Part shown: positions 10,179 through 20,008 of the stretch, piece after piece
Layout of the letters: each line of letters begins with the position of its first letter
Numbering within the stretch: position 1 is the stretch's first letter
Source: Clostridiales bacterium
GTDB taxonomy: Bacteria > Bacillota > Clostridia > Lachnospirales > Lachnospiraceae
Direction: 5' to 3'
DNA: 64,000 nucleotides
NCBI GenBank assembly: GCA_018369015.1
Contig: JAGZDD010000001.1
Coordinates: forward strand, 21,370 to 85,369
The notes under the pieces: generated by a model
Told to the model about the DNA's origin: nothing
Seen by the model: the letters and a program-made list of their open reading frames with translations, nothing else
The model's database searches: none
Translations under genes and position numbers: made by a program

Positions 10179-10982
10179 ATGGAGGTCGTAGGAGTTGGAA
10201 AAACATCCAGGTATTATAAATTTTTCCCTGAACATCAGCACAAATATTGGGAAATTATGTTGAATACGGAAGGTTCAGGGATTGTAACAATAGAGAAAAA
10301 GAGATATAGATTTGAACCGGGAAGTATTGTTGTGATTCCTCCATATACGCCGCATTTTAAAGCGTCGCTCAATGGCTTTCAAAATATATGTATGTTTGTT
10401 AAGGATATGGAGTTCAAGGATGGTATATATTTTAAAAATTTAGATAAAGATCAATATATAAATGGCCGCCACATTTTGGAAATGGCTTTGTTTTATTACA
10501 CCCAGAGTCCTGAACGGTTTTACAATCAGCGTATTGTAGCCTCTTTGGGAGATACTCTATATTGGTTCCTTTTAAATTTATATGATGAGATCCTGGATTG
10601 GGATACCCGGGTAAAACGCGTTGTGAAACAAATGTATAAAAATATTTCTAATCCGGAATTTGATCTTAAAGAAGTTCTGGATAAAACAGGGTATAATAGA
10701 AATTATTTTCGCAGGCTTTTTAAAGATCAGACAGGAGATTCGCCGCTGTCCTATTTTAATATGCTGAAAATTAATTATGCAAAGTTTTTGATGAATCAGG
10801 ACAGAGCGTGTCCGATTAATGAAATCAGCAGGAACAGCGGCTTTAAAGACCCTTTATATTTTAGCAGAATTTTTAAGAAAATTGAGGGAGTAAGCCCAAG
10901 TGAATACTTTTATAGGAGAGAATGTACAGCTACTATGCCTGTTTACTTAGATACACAAAGGCCTCTTTGCGGAAACAGGTGA
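10179..10982 (+). CDS. AraC-family transcriptional regulator
   Basis: Cupin-like N-terminus (HQHKYWEI); C-terminal GFKDPLYFSRIFKKIEGVSPSEY. Confidence 0.92.
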   Translation: MEVVGVGKTSRYYKFFPEHQHKYWEIMLNTEGSGIVTIEKKRYRFEPGSIVVIPPYTPHFKASLNGFQNICMFVKDMEFKDGIYFKNLDKDQYINGRHILEMALFYYTQSPERFYNQRIVASLGDTLYWFLLNLYDEILDWDTRVKRVVKQMYKNISNPEFDLKEVLDKTGYNRNYFRRLFKDQTGDSPLSYFNMLKINYAKFLMNQDRACPINEISRNSGFKDPLYFSRIFKKIEGVSPSEYFYRRECTATMPVYLDTQRPLCGNR

Positions 10983-11052
10983 ACCAGGCCGTAGCCTGCT
11001 GAGGGATATTCGTTCCCTGCGGCAGTTTTGTAAACGAAATGCATTAATTTAT

Positions 11053-11092
11053 AAATGCCGCCTGAACCAATGATTCAAGGCGGCATTTTTTA
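11053..11092 (+). terminator. intrinsic terminator
   Basis: AAATGCCGCC...GGCGGCATTTTTT. Confidence 0.75.
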
Positions 11093-11421
11093 TTTCTAAA
11101 AGGAGGGAGAGGGGATGTTTGACACATCCCCCGGTTATGAAAATGAAAAGATTTATATAAAAGTTAATAACAATAGAGGGAGGATGTTTATTAACTATGG
11201 CTTTATTATAAAAGGATTTTGTGTTCAATTTGTGGCTATCCTATAAAACAACGGTGAATAAAATCTGAAGAAAATTTAAAAAATGTTTATAAATTGTAAA
11301 ATATGGCATGGAATGTTTCCTAGCGGAAGATTTCGTTCTTAGTAAAACGAATACATCATATTTGGCTGGATCGTTGATTGAAGAAATTTTCATCGCAACT
11401 ATTTAGCTATCATCCCGGATT

Positions 11422-11450
11422 TTGACAGACTGTTAAAATTCATGTATGAT
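11422..11450 (+). promoter_or_regulatory. sigmaA promoter upstream of acylphosphatase
   Basis: TTGACA-N17-TATGAT. Confidence 0.7.
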
Positions 11451-11494
11451 TAGAACAAAAAGAGTTTTGATGCTGGGGTTAGGAGGCGTAAAGA

Positions 11495-11770
11495 GTGGCC
11501 TATGTGAGAAAAAGAGTGATTGTGTACGGTTATGTCCAGGGTGTGGGGTTTCGGTATTTTGCAAAAATGAACGCTCAGAGGTTTAATGTGACCGGATATG
11601 CACAAAATCTTTATGACGGAACAGTTTTGATGGAGGTCGAGGGCAAGGATTATGTTGTTGACGCCTACTTAAAAACCGTTGCCAAAGGAAACCAGTATAT
11701 TGATGTGGAGCGTATGGAAGTCCAGACAATACCGCTTCAGGAGGACCGTAGCTTTCAGATTAAATATTAG
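11495..11770 (+). CDS. acyP: acylphosphatase
   Basis: 91 aa; GYVQGVGFR and G.AQN..DGTV signatures. Confidence 0.92.
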   Translation: MAYVRKRVIVYGYVQGVGFRYFAKMNAQRFNVTGYAQNLYDGTVLMEVEGKDYVVDAYLKTVAKGNQYIDVERMEVQTIPLQEDRSFQIKY

Positions 11771-11834
11771 TAGGAAAATACGCTAGGAGATACAATTATG
11801 GCCCAAAAGGATGGCCGGTTAGGAGGAAAATACC

Positions 11835-12188
11835 ATGATAAAAAGAAAAGAAGAAATTCAGATTCGTACAGTGAAGGAAGCTCAGGGCGGCAAGGGAGAA
11901 GTTTATTTCCACGACTGGCTTACAAAGGAAGATGCCTATGGCCATGGCCGGGTATTTGCAAAGCTTGTACTTCCTTCGGGAAGTTCCATCGGCGTTCATC
12001 AGCATATCGGAGAATTTGAAGCCTTTTATGTATTATCCGGTCAGGCAACGGTGACAGATGGGGATCAGGTTGTTGTTCTAAATCCCGGTGACATGAATCT
12101 TTGCCGCGAGGGGGATTTTCATGGCGTGGAAAATTGCGGCGCAAAGGATTTGGTACTGATGGCGCTGATTATGAATGTAGAGGGATAA
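11835..12188 (+). CDS. cupin domain protein
   Basis: SIGVHQHIGEFEAFYVLSG...LNPGD...HGVEN cupin motifs. Confidence 0.88.
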   Translation: MIKRKEEIQIRTVKEAQGGKGEVYFHDWLTKEDAYGHGRVFAKLVLPSGSSIGVHQHIGEFEAFYVLSGQATVTDGDQVVVLNPGDMNLCREGDFHGVENCGAKDLVLMALIMNVEG

Positions 12189-12212
12189 AAGTTCAATTAG
12201 GCGGGGGTTTAT

Positions 12213-13904
12213 TTGGAAAAAAAGATTTTTAAATCATTGGTTAAAAGGATAACCTGGTGGCCTCTTTTTATTTTAGTTTCTATTATGACAGTAATGATTA
12301 TTTCGTGTGTCATTAGTTTTCAGAAAATGCAGAAAGAGCTGATTGCAGGGAATCTAAACTCGATCAGAGTTACTATGGCACAGTTGTCTAATGTAATGGC
12401 CAGAATTGATAACGAATTTCTAAATTATATTTCTCAGGAAGACAGTTATAAATACATGAGTCTAATGGATAAGGCTACCCCTTATAGTGAATATTTGCAA
12501 TACGAATCGCAGACACGTTTCTGGCTGGAGAAACAAAGGAGCAGCATGGATGCTTACATTGACGGCTTTTTTGCATATTATGAAAATTTAGATTCTATGG
12601 TATTTCGAAGCGATAAAAACAGAGCCGTTCATTCATATATTCAGGAGAAATTATTGGAAGATGATCAGCGTTATAATCAATGGCAAATTGTAGAAATATC
12701 AGATAGTACATATTTGTTATGCATGAATAAGTATAATGAATTTTATTATGGATGCTGGGTAAAATTATCGCGTATATGTACCCAATTAGGCTTTGAAAGC
12801 TCCAATTATCTTGGAATCGTATATTTAGCGGATCAATCCAACAGCCATATATTTTGCAAGGATTATATAGAAATAGTAAATACATTGCCAATGAATAAAA
12901 ACAGTATTACTTTAGATGGAATAAAATATCGCAATTATAATATTAGTATTGATAATTATGAGCATATAAAAGCGGGAATTTTAATTCCTCAGTCGGAAAT
13001 TATTAATAATATCCCTGTGTTGAATAAGTTTATTTTGGGGGTTGCTATTGGTTCTTTGGCACTGATACCGATAATTATACGATGGATGAGAAGAAAGATT
13101 GCTGATCCTATTACAGAGTTGAGCAGCGCGATGGAGAGATTTGGAAAAGGAGACATGGATTTTAGGATTCCTGAAACAAAAGACAGGTGCATTGATGAGT
13201 TGGATTTGTTAAAATACAGTATGAACCAAATGATGGATGCGATGAACGATCTTCAGATAAGATTGTATAAAACTAAAATGAAAGAGCAGGAAACTCAATT
13301 AAAATATATTAGCCAGCAGATACGTCCCCATTTTATATTAAATGCGTTAAATTCTATTTATACATGCAGAAAAGATGAAATGGATAACGTGAAAAAAATG
13401 ATCCTGTATTTGACAAATTACTTCCGGTATATTGTTAATCTTAATGTTGACTATGTAGAATTAGAAAAAGAATTAAATCATATAAGAAATTATCTAAAAA
13501 TACAAAAGGAGCGCTATGGAGAACGTTTTAGCTTCATTGTAGAATGGGAGCAGGACGTCAGTCAGTGTTCTGTTCCTCCGCTTATCGTTCAGACATTTGT
13601 CGAAAATTGTGTGAAGTATGGATTTTATGAAGGCAAAATTTTTATTTTTGTGTTGGCAAGTATCGACCAAGGTGAGTTAAAAATAGTGATTGCAGATAAT
13701 GGTCACGGATTTGAAGCGCATGTTTTAGAAAAATTACAGCTTTTTTCTGCTAAAAGAGAGTTTCAGGAAGAACTGGGTATAGGGATTCAAAATGCTGTTG
13801 AAAGGCTGGATATACTTTATGGTGGAAAAGAAAAAATAATATTTAGAAATGCGCTTAGCGGAGGAGCTGTTGTAGAAATTTATTTGCCTGCGGCAGTTCT
13901 ATAA
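12213..13904 (+). CDS. YesM-type sensor histidine kinase
   Basis: Two TM segments, HAMP, QIRPHFILNALN, QTFVENCVKYG, DNGHG, GIGIQN. Confidence 0.92.
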   Translation: MEKKIFKSLVKRITWWPLFILVSIMTVMIISCVISFQKMQKELIAGNLNSIRVTMAQLSNVMARIDNEFLNYISQEDSYKYMSLMDKATPYSEYLQYESQTRFWLEKQRSSMDAYIDGFFAYYENLDSMVFRSDKNRAVHSYIQEKLLEDDQRYNQWQIVEISDSTYLLCMNKYNEFYYGCWVKLSRICTQLGFESSNYLGIVYLADQSNSHIFCKDYIEIVNTLPMNKNSITLDGIKYRNYNISIDNYEHIKAGILIPQSEIINNIPVLNKFILGVAIGSLALIPIIIRWMRRKIADPITELSSAMERFGKGDMDFRIPETKDRCIDELDLLKYSMNQMMDAMNDLQIRLYKTKMKEQETQLKYISQQIRPHFILNALNSIYTCRKDEMDNVKKMILYLTNYFRYIVNLNVDYVELEKELNHIRNYLKIQKERYGERFSFIVEWEQDVSQCSVPPLIVQTFVENCVKYGFYEGKIFIFVLASIDQGELKIVIADNGHGFEAHVLEKLQLFSAKREFQEELGIGIQNAVERLDILYGGKEKIIFRNALSGGAVVEIYLPAAVL

Positions 13905-13922
13905 ATAACAGGGGGGATAGTT

Positions 13923-14711
13923 TTGTATAACGCGCTTATTGTAGATGATGAGATTCGTATGATCGAAGCTTTAGAGGATGAGGTTGACTGGAAGCGATGC
14001 GGTATACGAAATCTGTTTAAAGCTATTCAAATAAATGAGGCGATCGCAGTTATTCAAAACAACAAAATTGATATTCTGATTTGTGATATTGAAATGCCGG
14101 AAGGATCAGGATTAAAATTGGTGGAATGGCTTCAGGAGCATGGATATAAATTAAGTTGCATTTTTGTGACCTGCCATCCAGAGTTTGGGTATATGCGCAG
14201 GGCAATACAGCTTAAATGCTATGATTATATCCTCAAACCTGTAGATTATGAGGAATTTAGCAGGGTTCTGGCAGAGCTTGTATCAAATATGGAAGAAAAA
14301 CTATCAGATACGCTGTCGGACGGGCTTTGCAATCCTTCGGGGATGACGAACCTGCATTTAAAAACACTGGAGCAGGAAAAAAATGACCGGAATATTGAAC
14401 TTGAAGTGAAAAAATATATACGGGATCATATGTTGGACGATATAAGCGTTGGCATGATTGCAGAGGAACTCCACTTTAATCCTCAGCATTTGACACGGAT
14501 GTTTAAAAATAAAACGGGGTATGGGATTACGGAATATGTTACAGTTGTCCGTATGGAAATGGCTAAAAAAATTTTAAAGGACACAAGTATTCCTATTAAA
14601 GAGGTTGCCGGGATGGTAGGTTATAAAGATTATGCTTACTTTACACGGGTGTTTAAAAAGGAATTTAGTATTGCTCCGAAAGAATATAGAGAAAAACAAA
14701 GAAAAGATTGA
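13923..14711 (+). CDS. YesN-type response regulator (REC + AraC HTH)
   Basis: LIVDDE, ICDIEMP, YILKP; GYKDYAYFTRVFKK. Confidence 0.93.
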   Translation: MYNALIVDDEIRMIEALEDEVDWKRCGIRNLFKAIQINEAIAVIQNNKIDILICDIEMPEGSGLKLVEWLQEHGYKLSCIFVTCHPEFGYMRRAIQLKCYDYILKPVDYEEFSRVLAELVSNMEEKLSDTLSDGLCNPSGMTNLHLKTLEQEKNDRNIELEVKKYIRDHMLDDISVGMIAEELHFNPQHLTRMFKNKTGYGITEYVTVVRMEMAKKILKDTSIPIKEVAGMVGYKDYAYFTRVFKKEFSIAPKEYREKQRKD

Positions 14712-14762
14712 AAAAAACTGGCGTATTAGTGATAGAAGTTCATTTGTACGCCAGATTTTTTT
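14711..14762 (+). terminator. probable terminator after the two-component system
   Basis: CTGGCGTA...TACGCCAG followed by a T run. Confidence 0.5.
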
Positions 14763-14879
14763 GTCTTATTTGTCCAACTGTATCGCAAAAATATCCTATT
14801 TATCATGCAAAAATATTGATAATATAAAGATACCAAACGGAACCTGATCAGGAAAACAAAATACGAGGAGGAAAAGGGT

Positions 14880-16460
14880 ATGAAGCGAAAAACTTTATCT
14901 GTATTGATGACGGGTGCGATGGCTATATCTATGCTGGCAGGCTGCCAGCCTTCGTCGGGCGAAAATTCAGGGAATACGTCGGGCAGTGAGTTTCAAAAAA
15001 CAGAAAGCGGTACGGCCGGGGAGGTAACTTCTTCTGAGAACAGTGGGGGAGAAAGCAGTGACGGGGATATTTATAATATGGTCATGGAAGTTATTACCTA
15101 TGGTTTTGATGACCCGGATCTTCAACTGGTCGAAGATGCGGTAAATAAGATAACAGAAGCTTCAATCGGGGTTCATGTGACATTTATGACAGTGCCAAGT
15201 TCGGATATGGTGACGAAGCTTAGCCTGTTATCTGCCAGTGGCGAGAAGATTGATTTAGTTCAGGCAGGGCTTGAAGCGAATCTGAGCGATCTGGCAAAAC
15301 AAGGCCTGATTATACCAATGACGGACTATTTGTCTGGAACTATGGTTGATAAAGCAGGAGCGCTTTTAGAAGCCTGCTATGTTGACGGAGAGGTCTATGC
15401 CTACCCTGGTTCTTATTATCCGGGACTGTTCTGCGCATATATTTATGATAAAGATTTAGCTGAACAATACAATATTGATATGCCAGATGTGATAGAATCC
15501 GAGGAAGACTGGGAGCATATTTTCAGCCAGGTAAAAGAAAGCGGTATGAGCCAGTATGCGATTTCTTTAGGCGATGGCTTTAGCTCAGAAAGAGATTACG
15601 GTATCGTTTTTGATGCTCTTGGGGAAGAAAATTATCAGGCCTACGGCGTGGTCCTGGACATTGAAAACGGCGATACGGTTGTGAACTGGTACGCGACAGA
15701 CGAATACAAGCAGCAGTGCGAGCTTCATCGATCTTGGTATGAAAAGGGATATGCGCTTCCGGATTCTGTAAGTAATGGTTATACTGTAGGCGATTCCATG
15801 ATGCAGGATCAAATCTTTGGCTTTGCGGGAACTGTAGGTGTAGGAACAAGTATTGCGTCTTATTCCCAGATGACAAAGAAAAATCTGGATTATGTTCCGA
15901 TCGGCAGTGAGACGCCGATAATTAAAAAGGCTGATGCGGTAAATACAGCCTGGGCAATATCTTCAAGTTGTGAAAATCCGCAGAAAGTATGCGATTTTCT
16001 GGAATTAATGTATACGAGTGCGGAGCTGGGAAATCTTCTGACTTATGGTATTGAAGGACAGCATTATGTTGTTAATGGCGAGAGCCGGATCATTTCTTAT
16101 CCTGAGGGCATTGACGCCGGAAGTGTCGGCTATGGCGCATTTATCGGAAGATACGGCGATGATGAGCTTTTATACTTTAGAGAGCCGACGACCGAAGAAT
16201 TTGTCGGGAGTATTAGCAGTTATGGAGCTGGTGAAGCTACTTGCTCAAGATTTTTAGGATATACCTTTGATACGACCAATGTTCAGTCAGAGCTTACCGC
16301 AGTAACGGCGGCGGTTGGGCAGTATGCCCCGGCATTGATTTGTGGAACCGTTGACCCGGAGACTGTGATCCCGGAATTTTTATCGGCACTTGAATCTGCG
16401 GGGATCAATAAGATCATTGAGGAGAATCAAAAGCAACTGACAGCCTGGTTAGAACAGTAG
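14880..16460 (+). CDS. carbohydrate ABC transporter substrate-binding lipoprotein (DUF3502 type)
   Basis: Lipobox LAGC, Ser/Gly linker, YGIEGQHY, C-terminal AGINKIIEENQKQL. Confidence 0.9.
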   Translation: MKRKTLSVLMTGAMAISMLAGCQPSSGENSGNTSGSEFQKTESGTAGEVTSSENSGGESSDGDIYNMVMEVITYGFDDPDLQLVEDAVNKITEASIGVHVTFMTVPSSDMVTKLSLLSASGEKIDLVQAGLEANLSDLAKQGLIIPMTDYLSGTMVDKAGALLEACYVDGEVYAYPGSYYPGLFCAYIYDKDLAEQYNIDMPDVIESEEDWEHIFSQVKESGMSQYAISLGDGFSSERDYGIVFDALGEENYQAYGVVLDIENGDTVVNWYATDEYKQQCELHRSWYEKGYALPDSVSNGYTVGDSMMQDQIFGFAGTVGVGTSIASYSQMTKKNLDYVPIGSETPIIKKADAVNTAWAISSSCENPQKVCDFLELMYTSAELGNLLTYGIEGQHYVVNGESRIISYPEGIDAGSVGYGAFIGRYGDDELLYFREPTTEEFVGSISSYGAGEATCSRFLGYTFDTTNVQSELTAVTAAVGQYAPALICGTVDPETVIPEFLSALESAGINKIIEENQKQLTAWLEQ

Positions 16461-16476
16461 TAGGAGGCACAGAAGT

Positions 16477-17412
16477 ATGGAGGGAGTTCCTGTTAAGAAA
16501 ATTAAGAAAAAGACAAAATGGAAACGGTGGCTTCCTATATTTATCATGGGCCTTCCGGGGATGGTCTATCTATTTATTAATAACTACATGCCTTTGTACG
16601 GGCTGCTCATTGCATTTAAAAATTACAACTATATCCAGGGAATATGGGGAAGCGAATGGGCCGGACTAAAAAATTTTGAGTATTTATTTAAAACAGATGA
16701 TGCGTGGATCATTACGAGGAATACCTTACTTTATAATTTTGCTTTTATCCTGTTAAATATGGTATTTGGCGTTGCCATGGGAATTTTTTTAAATGAGATC
16801 CGAAAGAGATCAACTAAAAAAATTTATCAGACAGTGATACTGCTTCCATATCTGATGTCAATGGTTATTGTTTCATATTTAACTTACGCATTTTTAGGGG
16901 AACGTACGGGCCTTATTAATAGCTTTCTCCAGATGCTTGGTATGCCCCCGGTACAGTTTTATATGCAGAAGCAATACTGGCCATGGATATTAACCTTTGT
17001 TTATATATGGAGAAATATCGGCTATGGCAGTATTATCTATCTGGCCAGTATTGTTTCAATTGATAACGGATATTATGAAGCGGCAGAACTGGACGGGGCA
17101 ACGAAATGGCAGCAGATCCGCTATATTACCCTGCCGCTTCTTAAGCCAACGATCATTATGCTGGTCACGATGGGTATGGGAAATATTTTCAGGTCAGATT
17201 TTGGACTATTTTACCAGGTTCCAAGAAACCAGGGGCTTTTGTATTCTGCGACAGATACGATTGATACTTATGTATTCCGGGCATTGCTGGAAAACGGAAA
17301 TATCGGCCTGTCATCGGCGGCCGCATTTTATCAGTCTGTCGTGTGTTTTATAACAATCGTATCATTTAATGCGATTATACGCAGGATCAGTAAGGACAAC
17401 GCTATTTTTTAG
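16477..17412 (+). CDS. carbohydrate ABC permease (LplB-like)
   Basis: EAAELDGATKWQQIRYITLP EAA loop. Confidence 0.92.
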   Translation: MEGVPVKKIKKKTKWKRWLPIFIMGLPGMVYLFINNYMPLYGLLIAFKNYNYIQGIWGSEWAGLKNFEYLFKTDDAWIITRNTLLYNFAFILLNMVFGVAMGIFLNEIRKRSTKKIYQTVILLPYLMSMVIVSYLTYAFLGERTGLINSFLQMLGMPPVQFYMQKQYWPWILTFVYIWRNIGYGSIIYLASIVSIDNGYYEAAELDGATKWQQIRYITLPLLKPTIIMLVTMGMGNIFRSDFGLFYQVPRNQGLLYSATDTIDTYVFRALLENGNIGLSSAAAFYQSVVCFITIVSFNAIIRRISKDNAIF

Positions 17413-17451
17413 CGCGGGCTTTAACGGTTTAAGGAAGGAGTGAATTAAAAA

Positions 17452-18315
17452 ATGAGAGGGCACAAAAAATTCCTTTTTTTATCCCACGCAGTTTTGATTT
17501 TTGTTTCAATATGCGCCCTGATCCCTTTTTATTTGCTGATTTTAGCTTCATTTACAGAGGAAAGCTATGCGGCTCAAAATGGTTATTCCCTGATCCCATC
17601 GCATTTAAGCCTGGACGCTTATAAGTATTTGCTGTCAAAGGCCGTGTTGTTCGGCCGGGGCTATTTGATTACAATTATTGTTACGGTTACAGGCGTATTA
17701 CTGTGTGTGCTAATAACATTAATGTTTAGTTATATGCTTTCCCGGCCAGGACTTCCCTTTCGGCGGGGGTTCAGCTTTTATGTGATTTTTACGATGCTGT
17801 TTAATGGCGGACTTGTGGCGACCTATATTATGTATTCTCAGACTTTTCATATTAAAGATACAATGTTTGCTTTAATTATCCCGAATTTGCTGACAAACGC
17901 TTTCTTTATCATTATGGTTAAAAATTATTTTACCTACAATATCCCGGAAGCTTTGATGGATGCCGCAAGGATTGATGGATGTTCAGAATTTGGCATATTT
18001 TTTAAAATTGCGTTTCCACTGTCAAAGCCTATTATTGCTACATTGGCTTTACTTGTAGGCGTGAATTATTGGAATGACTGGCAGAATGGCCTGTATTATT
18101 TAGATGATCAAAAGCTCTACGGTATACAAAATATATTAAATGCCATTAATAGCAATGCACAGTATCTGATGCAAGGCGGGGGGTCTGCTTCGATACCAAC
18201 AGAGGCGGTTCGTATGGCGGCGGCAGTCGTAGGGATTATCCCGATACTCATTGTATATCCGTTGTTTCAGGATTATTTTGTAAAAGGTATCACAATGGGC
18301 GCGGTTAAAGGCTGA
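17452..18315 (+). CDS. carbohydrate ABC permease (LplC-like)
   Basis: DAARIDGCSEF loop, FNGGLV, C-terminal GAVKG. Confidence 0.92.
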   Translation: MRGHKKFLFLSHAVLIFVSICALIPFYLLILASFTEESYAAQNGYSLIPSHLSLDAYKYLLSKAVLFGRGYLITIIVTVTGVLLCVLITLMFSYMLSRPGLPFRRGFSFYVIFTMLFNGGLVATYIMYSQTFHIKDTMFALIIPNLLTNAFFIIMVKNYFTYNIPEALMDAARIDGCSEFGIFFKIAFPLSKPIIATLALLVGVNYWNDWQNGLYYLDDQKLYGIQNILNAINSNAQYLMQGGGSASIPTEAVRMAAAVVGIIPILIVYPLFQDYFVKGITMGAVKG

Positions 18316-18340
18316 CCAGGTAATAGATGAGGAGGCTTTT

Positions 18341-19999
18341 ATGGACAAAAAGATGGAGAAAGGTATTTTTAAAGGTATATTATATGAAGATAAGGAGGCT
18401 GGACAGACGCCAGAATGGCTTGGAAGTGCGCCGGATAATCTGGAATCTATCGTAGATGAAGTCAGGGAAACAGATGTTGTTGTTTGCGGCGCAGGGATTG
18501 CCGGGGTCTGTGCCGCACGGGCGGCAGCAGAAGCAGGGGCGGAGGTTATTTTACTGGAAAAAAGCCAAAGGGTTTCCTTCCGCTCAGGACAGTTTGCTGT
18601 GATCGGCGGACAGTTTTTGAAAAAGTGGAAGATTGAAAATGAAGATTTAAGATGCGAAATTGTTAATCATTTAATGCGTGATACAAGCTACCGAGCAGAT
18701 CAGAGAATCTTAAAGTATTTTTCGGAAAATATAGGCAGTGATTTTGACTGGTATTTAGGCGCTTTAAAGGAGGAACTTTACTGCCAGATTGGCGCGGACA
18801 CACCCGTACCTGAGGATGTAAAACAGTTTGCGACGGTAATGCAGTACCCACCCCAGCCGAAATATCATTTAGAGGAAGAACGCTACCCCTGCTATCCGTA
18901 TACGGTTCAGATCCGCCCATCCCATGGTTTTGTCTTAAAAGCAAACCTGGAAAAAGGGCTTGAAACGAATCGGTTGAAGGTGCTGTATTCAATGCCTGCA
19001 AGAAAATTGTTAGTCAATGACAGAAACAGAGTAATCGGAGTGATCGCGCAAGGCTACGATAGTAAGGTAATAAAAATAATAGCAAAGAGGGGAGTCATCC
19101 TTGCGACAGGGGATTATTCGGGAAATCGTCAAATGCTTAAATTTTATTGCCCGTGGCTGTTATCGAACCGTGTTATACCGTATGGCTTTGACCAAAATAA
19201 CCAGCCGTTAAATTATGGGGACGGACATAAAATGGGGATGTGGGCCGGGGCAAAGATGGAGGAAGGCCCTCATGGAGGAATGGCTCATAGCATGGGGGCT
19301 GCGATGGGAATGGCTCCTTTTTTGCTACTGGACTGTGACGGCAAAAGATTTATTAATGAAGATTGTCCAGGGCAGCAGTTAGAAAACCGGCTGGAACGGA
19401 TAAAAAATCATAGCGCATGGCAGATTTTTGACAGCCATTGGCCGGAACAGATCGAATATATGCCTTTTGGCCACAGCAGCCCAAGCAGAGTCGCAGATAT
19501 GGAAAAGCTTAAAAAAGGCGAAGCCTTTTTTGACCTGACCCCGATGGATGGTTTTGCTTCCCAGTGGTTTTTGGAGGCTTCGATAAAATCCGGTCAGACA
19601 GTTACTTCAAATTCGCTTCGGGAGCTGTGTACAAAAGCGGGTATACCGCAAAAAAATACATTGGAAAGTATCCGAAGATATAATCAGTTGGCGCATAAGA
19701 AATGTGATAGGGATTTTGGTAAAAATCCTCAGCGGATGTTCCCACTGGAAGCGCCGCCATATTATGCATCGAAGGTTTCACCAGCAATATTGCTCGGAAC
19801 GGTCAGCGGTCTTGAAAGTGATGATTATAGCCATGTATTGAATGGACGGCTGGAGATTATCCCTGGGCTGTATGCGGCTGGAAATGTTCAGGGAAATCGT
19901 ATGGGATGTGAATATCCGACAACAATTCCCGGCCTGAGCCATTCAATGGCGTTGACGTTTGGGAGAGCAGCCGGAAGAAATGCAGCGATAGGCAGGTGA
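18341..19999 (+). CDS. FAD-dependent oxidoreductase, fumarate reductase flavoprotein/3-ketosteroid dehydrogenase-like family
   Basis: VVVCGAGIAG, ILATGDY, GDGHKMG, GKRFINE, IPGLYAAGN, ALTFGRAAG; no signal peptide seen. Confidence 0.85.
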   Translation: MDKKMEKGIFKGILYEDKEAGQTPEWLGSAPDNLESIVDEVRETDVVVCGAGIAGVCAARAAAEAGAEVILLEKSQRVSFRSGQFAVIGGQFLKKWKIENEDLRCEIVNHLMRDTSYRADQRILKYFSENIGSDFDWYLGALKEELYCQIGADTPVPEDVKQFATVMQYPPQPKYHLEEERYPCYPYTVQIRPSHGFVLKANLEKGLETNRLKVLYSMPARKLLVNDRNRVIGVIAQGYDSKVIKIIAKRGVILATGDYSGNRQMLKFYCPWLLSNRVIPYGFDQNNQPLNYGDGHKMGMWAGAKMEEGPHGGMAHSMGAAMGMAPFLLLDCDGKRFINEDCPGQQLENRLERIKNHSAWQIFDSHWPEQIEYMPFGHSSPSRVADMEKLKKGEAFFDLTPMDGFASQWFLEASIKSGQTVTSNSLRELCTKAGIPQKNTLESIRRYNQLAHKKCDRDFGKNPQRMFPLEAPPYYASKVSPAILLGTVSGLESDDYSHVLNGRLEIIPGLYAAGNVQGNRMGCEYPTTIPGLSHSMALTFGRAAGRNAAIGR

Positions 20000-20008
20000 T
20001 AAAAAACA

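Noticed and set aside
11100..11200. Hairpins with SD-like runs suggesting a small RNA or peptide
   Set aside because: No convincing ORF or RNA family; evidence too weak.
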